From Verrucomicrobiota bacterium (GTDB taxonomy: Bacteria > Verrucomicrobiota > Kiritimatiellia > RFP12 > UBA1067): DNA of 64,000 nt. A model generated the notes under the pieces. The model saw only the letters and a program-made list of their open reading frames with translations, did no database searches and had not been told where the DNA came from. The translations under genes were made by a program, and so were the position numbers. Shown in pieces: positions 1 through 9,440 of this stretch; position 1 is the stretch's first letter, and the number at the start of each line of letters is the position of its first letter. The stretch covers positions 85,999-149,998 of the forward strand of contig JAHFSX010000008.1 in NCBI GenBank assembly GCA_023269675.1, in the 5' to 3' direction.

Positions 1-357
1 ACAGCCCCTCGCCGCAATGGCCGTTGTCGCCCGACACCCAGGGCTTCGTGATGCCGAAGCAGTGCCAGCGGCTGTCTCCGCCCTTGATGAAGGTGTGGTC
101 ATTGGTCCGCCACTCCGGATAGGTCACGCCTTGCGTGTAGGTGATCTGGCCGTCCGGCGTGCTGACCGTCGGCAGGGTGTAGACGTCCGGCTGCGGCTTG
201 TAGATGTTGACGAAGGCCCCCGTGACCTTCGGGACAAGCGGGCGGCGCAACGCATCGGGCGGCTGGACCGCACCGGCCCAGGTGCGGCGCGGGAAGCCCG
301 CGGCCGCTGCGGCAACAAGTGATCCTGCGAGTAACTGACGGCGTGATACGTGTGGCA
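1..357 (-). CDS. Hypothetical exported protein with a twin-arginine (Tat) signal; N-terminal part only (gene runs off the left edge)
   Basis: Minus-strand frame open from ATG (rc of 355-357) to position 1 with no stop; N-terminus MPHVSRRQLLAGSLVAAAAAGFP carries an RRxLL Tat motif; strong G/C third-position bias; absent from ORF track only because no in-window stop. Confidence 0.55.
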
Positions 358-399
358 TGTGGCTCTCCGGGTCGTGTTTCTCCGTTCACCGACAGCGGC

Positions 400-1617
400 T
401 TATTGCTTCTCGGGGGCCGACGGGGCCAGCGCCGTCATCACCTGGGCGATGATCTGGGCGGCGAACGCCGCATGGCCGCGCGGATTCGGATGCAAGCCGC
501 CCCAGTAGCCGTTCTTGGGCGAGAGCGCCCGCGCCGCGTCGGGGCCCAGATCGATGACCGAAATCTTCCGCTCGTCGGGGTGGGCCGTGCGGTAGGCGCT
601 GACCGTCGCCATGATCTCGGCCGCCTTGTACTGTCCGAACGGGATGATGAAGAAGAGATGCGCGCCCGGCGCCGCGCGCCGCAGCGCCTCCAGACTCTGG
701 GCCATGCTGGCCTGCACGTCGCCCGCATTCGCCGGATGGATCGCATCGTTCGTGCCGTAGTTGATCAGGATCACCGACGGCTCCTGCCCGGTCGCGCCGT
801 ACGCGCTGACACGTCCTTTTGCGTCCAGCAGCGAGTGAAGCGAGTCGATCCTGTTCCAGCGGCTCAGGGCGTCCAGGTACTGGCCGCCGGCGCCGCTGGC
901 CGAATTCGTCACCACATAATAGCCGGGCACGTCGCCCGGCGGATTGTCGCCCCTGTGCAGCCAGCCGCTCCAGCCGCAGGCGCTGACCGAATACTCGTAG
1001 CCCAGCGAGCGGAAGGCCTGCCCCACCAGATGGGAGTAGCCTTCGAGCTCGTTCGCGCCCACACCCTCGGTGATGCTGTCGCCCACGATCAGCGCCCACT
1101 TCGGCTGCGCGGCGTCGGTGCCAGCCTTGCTGCCGGGCCCCACCCGCAGACCCGCGAGGCGCACGATGTTCGACCCGCTCGCGCCCTCCGAACCCCAGCG
1201 CTTGATTTGGGCCGACGACTTCAGGTAGCCGGTCAGCACGTGGGTCTTGACCCGCGGGTTCATGCCGGGCACGGGAAGCTCTTTCGCGCACCGCAGGTCG
1301 CCGGTCCAGATCCCGTCCAGATTGCAGGCGAGCACCGGCGGGCTGAAGGAGCCGTCATACGTCGAGGCGTCCAGCAGCAGCGTCGGCACGGCGTTGGTCG
1401 TCTCCGACTCCCACGTCACCCGGAAATACGCGCCGGGATTCCAGGTTTGCCGGAAGAGGCCGCCCCCGCGCCCCGCGTCGCCCACCCAATTGCCCGGCGA
1501 GAACACGAACGCCGGCGAATCCACCGGGATCGTCACCCCCGCCGTGCCCTGCGCATAGCCCATGCGCATGATCCCCAGAATCACAAACGCAACCGCACCG
1601 ATCATCATTTTCTGCAT
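400..1617 (-). CDS. SGNH/GDSL-family hydrolase (esterase/lipase-like) with N-terminal beta-sandwich domain and signal peptide
   Basis: ORF 400..1632; internal start MQKMMIGAVAFVILG gives signal peptide; GDSL block I LIVGDSITEG, block III GTND, block V HPNPRGH (DxxH-type). Confidence 0.8.
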   Translation of the reverse strand: MQKMMIGAVAFVILGIMRMGYAQGTAGVTIPVDSPAFVFSPGNWVGDAGRGGGLFRQTWNPGAYFRVTWESETTNAVPTLLLDASTYDGSFSPPVLACNLDGIWTGDLRCAKELPVPGMNPRVKTHVLTGYLKSSAQIKRWGSEGASGSNIVRLAGLRVGPGSKAGTDAAQPKWALIVGDSITEGVGANELEGYSHLVGQAFRSLGYEYSVSACGWSGWLHRGDNPPGDVPGYYVVTNSASGAGGQYLDALSRWNRIDSLHSLLDAKGRVSAYGATGQEPSVILINYGTNDAIHPANAGDVQASMAQSLEALRRAAPGAHLFFIIPFGQYKAAEIMATVSAYRTAHPDERKISVIDLGPDAARALSPKNGYWGGLHPNPRGHAAFAAQIIAQVMTALAPSAPEKQ

Positions 1618-1653
1618 ACGTCTCTCCCCCAACTCCTATAACTTCAACCGGAT

Positions 1654-1736
1654 CACGATTAAGAGTACGATTACGATTAAGAGGAATCAGGGACCCTTCT
1701 TACCCGTAATCTTAATCCTAATCTTAATCCTAATCG
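1654..1736. promoter_or_regulatory. AT-rich inverted/tandem array of GATTAAG / CTTAATC motifs in the 5' region of the SGNH gene
   Basis: GATTAAG at 1657-1663 and 1675-1681; reverse complement CTTAATC at 1711-1717 and 1722-1728; 11-bp tandem period cttaatcctaat; flanked by direct AACTCCTA motifs at 1631-1640 and 1791-1800; ~40% GC in a ~65% GC context. Confidence 0.4.
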
Positions 1737-1796
1737 TTCAAAAAGTTACCCCGCCGTTTGTTCCCGCTCCGCGGGCGGCGTGGTAAACCCTAACTC

Positions 1797-3173
1797 CTAC
1801 TTCCTCTCCGCTCCCGCAGGTACGACCGCGTAGGCGTGCGGCACCGGCTTGCGACTCGCCAGCGCGTCTTTCTCGAAAGCCCCCACCTTTTTGCGGAGTT
1901 CGCCGTATTGGGGCCAGGTCTTGATGTAGTTGAGCGCCATCGCGGCGCTGTACTCCGTCTTGTCCTTAAAGCCGTCGTAGTGCGCCTGCACCGCAGCCGG
2001 GTCCTCCACGTTGATCTTGTAGTGGCTCTGCATCCAGCGCCGCGTGTTCATCAGGCTGCACGCCTGAGCCTCAGCGTTCCGACGCTGCTCGTTGAGTTGA
2101 GCAACGCGGCGCGCCTGCTTGGCCTGCGGCGTCGCGGCGTTGGATGCGAGGTTGACGCCCTTCGCCAGTTCGTCCGCCGCATACCGTCCCACAAAACCGC
2201 CGTCGATCTTCAGCTCATACGCTCCTGCCGCAAGGCCGGTCACCGACAGCAGTTCCTGGTTCAGGTCCTTCTCGATCGGCAGCAGTTCCAGCATCGGCTT
2301 GGCCGCCGGATCGACCGGAAAAGGCAGGGCCTTCTCCAGCACCGTGAAGGCCACGCCGCCGTCCTTCCTGGCGACGGACGCCACCTCCGCGTTGACGCTC
2401 TCCGCCGCGCGGCCCGCGGCCGCGTCCACCGTAACCTTCGAGACCAGCGACGGCGCGCCCTGCGTCTTCAGGAACAGCCACGTCATCATCAGGTACCCCG
2501 GCGCGCCCGGATGCACGCGGTCGCCGCCCACGATGGTCCACTTCGGGTCTTTTTTCTGCTGTTCCAGATTGAGAGCCGTCATCGGCCCGTGGAAATCCAC
2601 CACGGTCCCGTTGTTCTTCGCCGCCAGCTCCCGCACGATCGCCGCACATTTCCCGAGGCCCTCGTTGCATCCCGGCTGGTTATTGTTCTTTTCAAGCACC
2701 ACAGTCTGGTCAAACGGCGACGGCGTGAGGAAGAACAGCTTCGGCTCTCCCGCCTCGGCGCGGATGCGGCCGACAACCTTCTCCATGTTTCCCCGGTACC
2801 CGTCGAGCGCCTGCTTCTGCCCCCTGATCTGGTCTGCGGTTGGCGCTGCCACATAATAGCCGCGCCCGACATCGTTCATGCCGAACATGATGGCCACCGA
2901 GGTCGGCTTCTGATCGATCACGTCTTCCTGCAGCCGGCCGAGCGAACCTCCGGCCGAATCGCCCGAGCGGCCCGCGTTCGCGAACCGGATCGTCCGCTCT
3001 GGAAAACGGGTCAGGTAATAGTCCGCGAGCATCGTCTGGCAACGCCCGCCGGCCGAGATGCTGTCCCCCAGGAAACACACGGTCTCGCCGTCCTTGAACA
3101 CCTCGCCGCGCGCGGCGCTTCCGACCGTCATGACGCCTAACAGCAAAACGGCAACTGTAACCAATCTGTGCAT
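1797..3173 (-). CDS. SGNH/GDSL-family hydrolase (second copy) with signal peptide
   Basis: 458-aa ORF; MHRLVTVAVLLLGVMTVGSA signal; motifs CFLGDSISAGG, GMNDV, DRVHPG. Confidence 0.8.
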   Translation of the reverse strand: MHRLVTVAVLLLGVMTVGSAARGEVFKDGETVCFLGDSISAGGRCQTMLADYYLTRFPERTIRFANAGRSGDSAGGSLGRLQEDVIDQKPTSVAIMFGMNDVGRGYYVAAPTADQIRGQKQALDGYRGNMEKVVGRIRAEAGEPKLFFLTPSPFDQTVVLEKNNNQPGCNEGLGKCAAIVRELAAKNNGTVVDFHGPMTALNLEQQKKDPKWTIVGGDRVHPGAPGYLMMTWLFLKTQGAPSLVSKVTVDAAAGRAAESVNAEVASVARKDGGVAFTVLEKALPFPVDPAAKPMLELLPIEKDLNQELLSVTGLAAGAYELKIDGGFVGRYAADELAKGVNLASNAATPQAKQARRVAQLNEQRRNAEAQACSLMNTRRWMQSHYKINVEDPAAVQAHYDGFKDKTEYSAAMALNYIKTWPQYGELRKKVGAFEKDALASRKPVPHAYAVVPAGAERK

Positions 3174-3289
3174 CGCATTCCCCCTTATTGATTTGAAGCA
3201 ACCCGTTCGGCACAGCCGCGGCCTCCGTGCTCACGGAAGACGCGGCTCGCCATCAACACGCACTCCTTGCCGGCTTCACGCGAACCGTC

Positions 3290-6200
3290 CTACTGGACCA
3301 GTATCAGCGTGCCCGTGGGCCGGACACGCACATAGACGGTGCCGTTGTCAGCATAGGCGCTCATGTAAAGCCGGCCGGCATATTTCGACTCACCTGAAAC
3401 CCAAAGCTTCAGATTTTCCGCCCCGGAGATCGTATCGTAAGTGAAGATCGCGGTGCAGCCGACAACCGGCGTCACGCCCGGCCACTCGATCAGACCCGCG
3501 CCCCCGACGGTCAGCTTGCCGTTCACGTCGACCGTATGGTCTGGGCTCACCCGAACGGTGACGCCGCCGGCGAGGGCGAGGTCGCCGTTGACCGTCAGCG
3601 TTCCGGCGTCCGGATCAGACAGGTCGACGAGGCCGGTGACCGACAGCGAACCGCCGCTGACCGTGCCGCCGCCCACGAGCGCGCGCGTGTTCTGGGTGAA
3701 ACCGCCCAACTCCAGCGTGGCGCCGACCGCGACGCGCACCGTGTCGGCCGACGCGCCGGACAAGGGCATGTAGAGCAGATTGGTCGCTGCGCGGCCGAAC
3801 CACTTCCAGCCGAGATAGGCTTCGACCGCGAGGCGCTCGTCATCGGAGATCGAACGGTTGAAGATCAGCAGCTCGGCCAGGCGTTGGCCGCCGTTCCGGC
3901 TCCCAATGGTGGTGGGACGGTCAGCGGCGAGCGTGTCGACGCGGGCGTTGCCGGTGGTGTGGTTTTCGATGATCTGGTAGGCCCCGTTCAGCACGTTGGA
4001 GGCCACGGTGGGGTTGGGCAACAGAGCCCCGTCGATGTAGGTCCGGCCACCAATGACTTGGCCGACCGCGTTGAACCCGTACAGCCGGTTCTCGGTGGTG
4101 ATCGGTTCGAGGTTGCCGTTGACGCGGGGGCCCCGGTGCCAGTCGGAGATTTGCTGGTCACTGACGATGTTCGTGTTGCCGAGCAGGAAGCCGCCGCCGT
4201 TCTGGCTGCCCAGCACCCAGAAGACAGAGCGCGCGTCGGGGATCTGACGGTCGAGCATCATGTAGGGGCTGGTGCCGTAGGTGCCGAAGTCGACCGTGCG
4301 CCGGCCGCCGAGCGCCGCGTCGACGTAGTTCGAAGGGGCCAGTCCCGGCGCGTAGGCGTAGCGTCCATTACCCCGAGGGTCACGCCATTCCGTCACCTTC
4401 CCGGCTCCGTCCATGGTCAGGGTGTTGGTGCGTGCGGCGTCGAGGTTGATCACCAGTTGATTGGTCACGGGCGTGTTAAGGCCAAGGGTTCCTGCGGTGT
4501 AGCGCAGGGTGCCCTGCCGAACATTCAGCGTGCCGTTGAACCCGACCGTGCTGCCAGCGATGTCCAGCGTGCCAGTGCCGCTCTTGACCAAGCTGCCGGA
4601 ACCTGCGAGCCAGCCGACGCTGTTGGTCTGTCCGGCGGCGAGTTCAAACGCGGTCGTCGCGGCGAGTGTCAGGCCGGGAAGGGTCGGCGCGCCAGGCGCG
4701 GTGTAGCCGTGGACGGCCCGGTTGAACCACTTGGCCGACAGATAGGCCTCTACGGTCTTGCGGTCCGCATCGGCCAGCGGCTTGTCGTAGACGATCACTT
4801 CGGCCAGACGCTGGCCGCCTGTGTTGCCGCCCGCGCCGTTGTGGGCGAAGCCATCGACCGAAATGTCGCCGCCAGTCAGGAACGAGACGAGCTGGTAGCC
4901 GCCGCTCAGGCCCTGCACGTTCGGGAAGACGGGCAGGCCGTCGATCCACGCGAAGCTGCGGCTGAGCCACATCCGCTCCCGCTCATTGTACGAATTGTCG
5001 GAGGTATAGGCATCGAACAGAGGCGAGGACGCGTTGTTATAGGTGCGGGAAAAGAGCGAGTTGTTAACGCTGGAGCCGAGCAGGTAGCCGCCGCCGTTCT
5101 GGCTGCCCAAGACCATGAAGACCGTGCGGATGCCGCCGGTCGGCGCGGTCCAGACCAGGTAGCGTCCGCTTCCCGCGACATCAAAGTCCACGACCGGCAG
5201 CGCGTTCAGCGCGCTGTTGACCAGCAGGGGTGCTTTGCTCAGCCCGTTGGTGGCGGCTCGCGACGGATTCGAGGCGTCTTCCCAACGGGTGACCTTCAGC
5301 GTGGCGGCATCGATCGTCATCGTGTTGGTGCGTGATGCGTCGAACCAAGCCGCGTATCCCGCCAACGGCTGGGTGGGCGCAGCGCCCAAGGATTTGAGCA
5401 CAAAGGCGCCGCCGTCGCCGCCGAGCGAACCGGTAAAGGAGGCCAACCCGTTGAGGGTCACCTTGCCGGGGCCGGTCTTGGTCACGGTTCCCGTTCCCGT
5501 GAGCGTGTCGAGCGCCAGATCGTTTTCAGCCCTCAGCCCGACATTTCCCGCCACCTCCAGTGTTGCCAATGCGGGCCGGGCAGGCATCCACTTGGCCCGT
5601 AGCGCGGCCTCGGTGTCCAGCCGCTCCTGTTCGGTCAGGGTGCGGGTGTAGAGGATCAATTCCGCCAGACGCATGCCGCCACTGCGATCATACATGGCGC
5701 GGTCCTGTCCGATCCGGCTCGCGGCGAAGTTGGAGCAGCGGGCGGAGATGATTTGGTACCCGCCCGACATCGGCGTCGCCAGGGTGTCGCACAGGCGCCC
5801 GTCCACCCAGGTGGTCATGCTGTTCGCGCACAAGCCGGCCTCCACCTTGATCCAATCGGGTGACCGGTAGGGAGACCCGCCGCGGTGGAAGTTCGGGGCG
5901 ATGTCCGGCTCGCACAGCAGGAAGCCGCCGTTGTTCTGGCTGCCATACACCCAGAACACGGTCAAGATGCCTGTGATCCGCTGGCTCCAGTCCAGGAACT
6001 GGCGAGAGTATTGCGAGCCGAAGTCCACGACCGGCAACCCGTTCATCGCGTTCCGGATCAGAGCCGGCGGCCGCGCGTTGACGTTGGTGATCATGGCGCT
6101 GATCGTCTTGCCGTCCGCATCGCTCCAGGCGTACACGCGGTCATTGGTGAGTGTCAGGGTGTTCAAAGCCGAGGCATCCAGATGAAAAGCCGGCGAAGCG

Positions 6201-7714
6201 GCGACCTGACCCGAACCGGTGCTTGAGGCCGCGTTCGTCAAGGCGAGCGTGCCTTCGGTTAGTCGAAGGGTTCCGGGGTAAGAACTGCTCTCCTCCAGGC
6301 GCAGCGTGCCCGCGCCGGTCTTGGTCAGTTTGCCCCTGCCCTGCAACTTGCGCACCGTGGTGTCGCTGTCCGTGGACGCCGTCTGCAGGGTCGCATCGGT
6401 CACGACCTGGACATGGCGGAGGTCCGAGGTTTTGGCGAGCCACTTGTCGTACAGGTAATGCTCGACCTGCCGGCGCTCGGAGTCGGAGAGCATCCGGTCA
6501 TAGATGATCAGCTCGGCCAGGCGCTGGCCGCCGCTGCGTCCCGCCCCGAAACTGCGGTCGAAAGCCAGTCCGTCGGCGGTAAGGCCCGAGGATTGCACAA
6601 TGCTCACGAGATCATAGCCGCCTGAAAGTCCGGTGCCCCAGCCGTTCACGCTCTGACCGTTCAGGTAGGAGGTTGAGAGTCCGCTGTCATATCCCCAGAT
6701 CGGGTCATCCGCCAGCGCGCCGAGGCTTCCGCCGCGGTGGAAGTTCGCCACGCTCCTGCCGCCGAGCAAGAACCCGCCGCCGTACTGACTTCCAATGACC
6801 CAGAAGACCGAGCGGACGGTCGAAAGCGTGGCTGCCCAGGTCATGTATCGGCCGGAACCGAAGGTGCCGAAATCCACGGCAGGCATAACGCCGAGTTCGT
6901 TGTCGAGGCGCAGGGGGCAGTTGTTGGTGGCGGCAGCTCGCGCGTGATAGCCGTTGCCCGAGAGGTCGCGCCACTCTAAGACCTGGATACCGTTCGTGAA
7001 GGTGAACGAATCCGTCCTGCTCGCATCAAGCCGCAGGAGGGGAGATGCCACAAGAAGCGGCGGATAGTTGGTGTCTGCGAGCGCGGCGGGCAGGGTCTTG
7101 ACCGTGCGGAGCGTTCCGTTTCCGATGTACCAAGAGCCACCCGCGAAGGAGGCGGGGTTTGTCACCGTCAGCGTGCCGCCGGCCGCGCTGCTAAAGCCGG
7201 AGAAGCCTACCCCCTGCAGGTTGGGCAAGGTGCTTTGACCGCCCGGGAAGTCGAAGAACAGGCCGCCCGGATTCCGGATGATCGTCGTGCCGGAAAACCG
7301 GTTGGTGTTCTGGATCATGAACATGCCGTTTACGAGGAGGTTGGACTCGACCGTTAGCCGGGACTTGAGGTAGAACTGCGTCGTCGAGTCGGATTTCAGC
7401 TCGGCGGGTGAACCGTGTAAGAGAAACTCGCCGCTCTTGAAAGTCACCTGACTGTTATATTGGTTCTTGTTATCGATTTTCCCCAGCAGCCAAGGCGAAT
7501 CCTGCTCAGCCAGATTCACGGTGAACGCGAAGTTCGTGGCGAAGATCGTGACCTTGGCGTTCTCACCGCTGGCGGGAACGCCGTTTGTCCACTGGGTCGA
7601 ATCCGTCCAAATGACATTGTTGCTGACCGCCTTTAGGAATCCGTCCCCGGCCGACAGCCAGAACGGAACACAACACGCCGCGGTCCAACCCCACGCTCTC
7701 ATCCAGTTTCTCAT
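3290..7714 (-). CDS. Giant secreted protein (1474 aa) with four repeated LamG/concanavalin-like lectin modules
   Basis: Four ~330-aa repeats each containing DFG..GSGRY..W....RSVFWV.GSQ.GGGFLLG and GGQRLAEL(I/L)IY(D/N)R.LSD.ER..VE.YL..KW (Laminin_G_3-type jelly-roll signature); N-terminal signal peptide; C-terminus TGTLILVQ. Confidence 0.85.
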   Translation of the reverse strand: MRNWMRAWGWTAACCVPFWLSAGDGFLKAVSNNVIWTDSTQWTNGVPASGENAKVTIFATNFAFTVNLAEQDSPWLLGKIDNKNQYNSQVTFKSGEFLLHGSPAELKSDSTTQFYLKSRLTVESNLLVNGMFMIQNTNRFSGTTIIRNPGGLFFDFPGGQSTLPNLQGVGFSGFSSAAGGTLTVTNPASFAGGSWYIGNGTLRTVKTLPAALADTNYPPLLVASPLLRLDASRTDSFTFTNGIQVLEWRDLSGNGYHARAAATNNCPLRLDNELGVMPAVDFGTFGSGRYMTWAATLSTVRSVFWVIGSQYGGGFLLGGRSVANFHRGGSLGALADDPIWGYDSGLSTSYLNGQSVNGWGTGLSGGYDLVSIVQSSGLTADGLAFDRSFGAGRSGGQRLAELIIYDRMLSDSERRQVEHYLYDKWLAKTSDLRHVQVVTDATLQTASTDSDTTVRKLQGRGKLTKTGAGTLRLEESSSYPGTLRLTEGTLALTNAASSTGSGQVAASPAFHLDASALNTLTLTNDRVYAWSDADGKTISAMITNVNARPPALIRNAMNGLPVVDFGSQYSRQFLDWSQRITGILTVFWVYGSQNNGGFLLCEPDIAPNFHRGGSPYRSPDWIKVEAGLCANSMTTWVDGRLCDTLATPMSGGYQIISARCSNFAASRIGQDRAMYDRSGGMRLAELILYTRTLTEQERLDTEAALRAKWMPARPALATLEVAGNVGLRAENDLALDTLTGTGTVTKTGPGKVTLNGLASFTGSLGGDGGAFVLKSLGAAPTQPLAGYAAWFDASRTNTMTIDAATLKVTRWEDASNPSRAATNGLSKAPLLVNSALNALPVVDFDVAGSGRYLVWTAPTGGIRTVFMVLGSQNGGGYLLGSSVNNSLFSRTYNNASSPLFDAYTSDNSYNERERMWLSRSFAWIDGLPVFPNVQGLSGGYQLVSFLTGGDISVDGFAHNGAGGNTGGQRLAEVIVYDKPLADADRKTVEAYLSAKWFNRAVHGYTAPGAPTLPGLTLAATTAFELAAGQTNSVGWLAGSGSLVKSGTGTLDIAGSTVGFNGTLNVRQGTLRYTAGTLGLNTPVTNQLVINLDAARTNTLTMDGAGKVTEWRDPRGNGRYAYAPGLAPSNYVDAALGGRRTVDFGTYGTSPYMMLDRQIPDARSVFWVLGSQNGGGFLLGNTNIVSDQQISDWHRGPRVNGNLEPITTENRLYGFNAVGQVIGGRTYIDGALLPNPTVASNVLNGAYQIIENHTTGNARVDTLAADRPTTIGSRNGGQRLAELLIFNRSISDDERLAVEAYLGWKWFGRAATNLLYMPLSGASADTVRVAVGATLELGGFTQNTRALVGGGTVSGGSLSVTGLVDLSDPDAGTLTVNGDLALAGGVTVRVSPDHTVDVNGKLTVGGAGLIEWPGVTPVVGCTAIFTYDTISGAENLKLWVSGESKYAGRLYMSAYADNGTVYVRVRPTGTLILVQ

Positions 7715-7766
7715 CCACTGCTCCTTCCAATCGGAAGCCGCGCCACGCTGACGCGGCCCCTTTGTG

Positions 7767-9035
7767 TTATTTCCTTGCCGAAAGAACCTTCTCGATTTCC
7801 TTGATGATCTCCGCCGCCATCAGGCGGGCGACCTCCGCGTTCCAATGGACGGCGTCCTGCGAGCCCTCCGCCACGGTGCCAAGCTTCGTCTCGCAAAGCC
7901 CATAGAGGTCGACCTCGGGAATCTTATCGTGCGCCATGATCTCATCGGTCATCCGGTTGAAGCGGATAATACGCTCGTTCTCCGCTGTATACAACGTCGG
8001 TCTCCCGGCGGTCGGCGTGGTCCGCCACGGGGTGGTCCTGACCCAAATGAACTTCGAGTCCGGGGCGTTGTTCGTGATGAACTCCACGGCGCGGGTCATG
8101 CGGGCGGCATACGTGGCCTCCGGGCACCGCTCCGGCTTGGGCCAGGCATGCAACGCCATGGAGTTCCAGGTGACCACGTCATAAGGGCCGTTGGAAAGGA
8201 CCCCTTTCCAGGCGCTCCTGCCTGAAGCCTTCTCGCCCTCCATGTCGTCCGTCCCTCCCCCGACCCAGTAGTCGACGTAGGCTTTGCCCTTGAAGTGCTC
8301 GGCAATGAAGCCACGATACCCCATGGAGATGGAGTCGCCGATCACGAGGATCCGCGGCAGCGCGGGGTCTTTGATCTCGGCGCGCTGCATGAAATACTGG
8401 TCGCCGCTGAAGTTGCGCATCCGTTCGGCGCTCCGGTCGAACCCGGTGGGGAAAACCGGCCGGTCATAAATCCGGATGTTGCGCAGTTCATAGGCTTGGG
8501 GCGGACGCGCAGCGCTGGCGGAACCGCCGAAAACGAGCGGCCGATCGCTCGGCTTGACCGCGTCGGTCAGCGCGAGCAGAAGACCGTTCCTGAACAGCGT
8601 CATCCGCTTGTCCTTGACCACGAAGGTGAGCTTCGTGAAGGCGTCGCCAAGAAAGCCGCGCTGCTCGCAGGTCTGATACCCGTTGCAGAAAAGCCAACAC
8701 GCGTTGTACTGGGGCGGAAAGTACTTGAGAGCGAACCCGGCCTTGCTCTTCTCGTCCGTGTTCGACACCAAGACGATGCCGCAGCCCGGCTTCGTGCCGG
8801 CCGGACGCTTCACCTCGAACTCGATGGTGTAGTCGTTCTGCGCTCCGAGGACGCTCGCAGGCACAGCGAAAACGTTCGACCCGTCCAGCCTGACCGCACC
8901 GTTGACGACCTCGACTTGGCCCGTGGTCCCATTCGGGGAGACCGGATTCCGTCCCAGCTCCCAAACAGGGGCGGTCGTCTGCGCCTGGATGGCGGATGCC
9001 GCAAGCGTCAGCATGAACAGGGATGGAATCGTCAT
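7767..9035 (-). CDS. Fusion protein: N-terminal LamG/concanavalin-like domain + C-terminal SGNH hydrolase
   Basis: ORF 7767..9173; start placed at MTIPSLFMLTLAASAIQAQ (signal peptide); LamG tail motif AYELRNIRIYDRPVF; SGNH motifs ILVIGDSISMG and DAVHWN; start overlaps upstream ORF stop as ATGA. Confidence 0.8.
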   Translation of the reverse strand: MTIPSLFMLTLAASAIQAQTTAPVWELGRNPVSPNGTTGQVEVVNGAVRLDGSNVFAVPASVLGAQNDYTIEFEVKRPAGTKPGCGIVLVSNTDEKSKAGFALKYFPPQYNACWLFCNGYQTCEQRGFLGDAFTKLTFVVKDKRMTLFRNGLLLALTDAVKPSDRPLVFGGSASAARPPQAYELRNIRIYDRPVFPTGFDRSAERMRNFSGDQYFMQRAEIKDPALPRILVIGDSISMGYRGFIAEHFKGKAYVDYWVGGGTDDMEGEKASGRSAWKGVLSNGPYDVVTWNSMALHAWPKPERCPEATYAARMTRAVEFITNNAPDSKFIWVRTTPWRTTPTAGRPTLYTAENERIIRFNRMTDEIMAHDKIPEVDLYGLCETKLGTVAEGSQDAVHWNAEVARLMAAEIIKEIEKVLSARK

Positions 9036-9432
9036 TTGATTGCTCCTTGAAGGGTGAGGGAGTGAGCCTTCTCCGTCTGGGCCGCCTTCGCCGCTAAGAG
9101 ATCGACCACATCGGCCCACTCGGCCTCGGGGTCGGCCGAGATCCGCTCCAAGATGGACTCGAGCCAGGCCCACAGCTCCGGGTTGTCCCCCAGCTCACAG
9201 GAGTGCCCCCAGAAATAGAACACGCCGCCGCTCTTCTTCGCCTCCACGTGCCGTTCCCAGAAGTTGGAGGCGGACCAATGGCCGCTGGCCGGCAAGGCCA
9301 TCGGTTCATCCAGCGGCAGCGGCGCGCGGGCGCTTTCGTCGTGCGGGCATAGAGATACCCGGCCCTCTTGACGTCCGCCATGGCGACCACCGCCGCCATG
9401 ATCGCCGTAACAAGCAGGACGCTTCGTTTCAT
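9032..9432 (-). pseudogene. Possible frameshifted remnant of a small secreted protein (signal peptide in one frame, C-terminal 89 aa in another)
   Basis: Frame A from 9432 reads MKRSVLLVTAIMAAVVAMADVKRAGYLYA then turns into low-complexity junk; frame B (ORF 9032..9301) reads ..SGHWSASNFWERHVEAKKSGGVFYFWGHSCELGDNPELWAWLESILERI.. and its stop overlaps the next gene's ATG (ATGA). The junction lies near 9345. Alternatively, only the 89-aa frame-B ORF is real. Confidence 0.3.
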
Positions 9433-9440
9433 TGGTTTTT

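Noticed and set aside
319-1641. Long plus-strand ORFs in the track (e.g. 319..1641, 1836..3140, 3536..5335, 9432..12572, 14546..15889, 16804..20511, 21805..23226, 24529..26592, 31773..34625, 40053..41777, 41969..45175, 47160..49694, 50736..52937, 53065..54270, 56552..58582, 58797..60452, 61875..63533)
   Set aside because: Each lies exactly antisense to a well-supported gene with recognisable domains. The translations are Arg/Ala/Gly/Pro-rich low complexity with no motifs. Long open antisense frames are expected at ~65% GC.
7718-7748. Hairpin gccgcg-ccacgctga-cgcggc followed by a T-rich run on the plus strand (terminator-like)
   Set aside because: It is terminator-like only on the plus strand, where no gene ends. 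On the transcribed minus strand it is not followed by a U-tract. At most it is a weak inter-cistronic structure.
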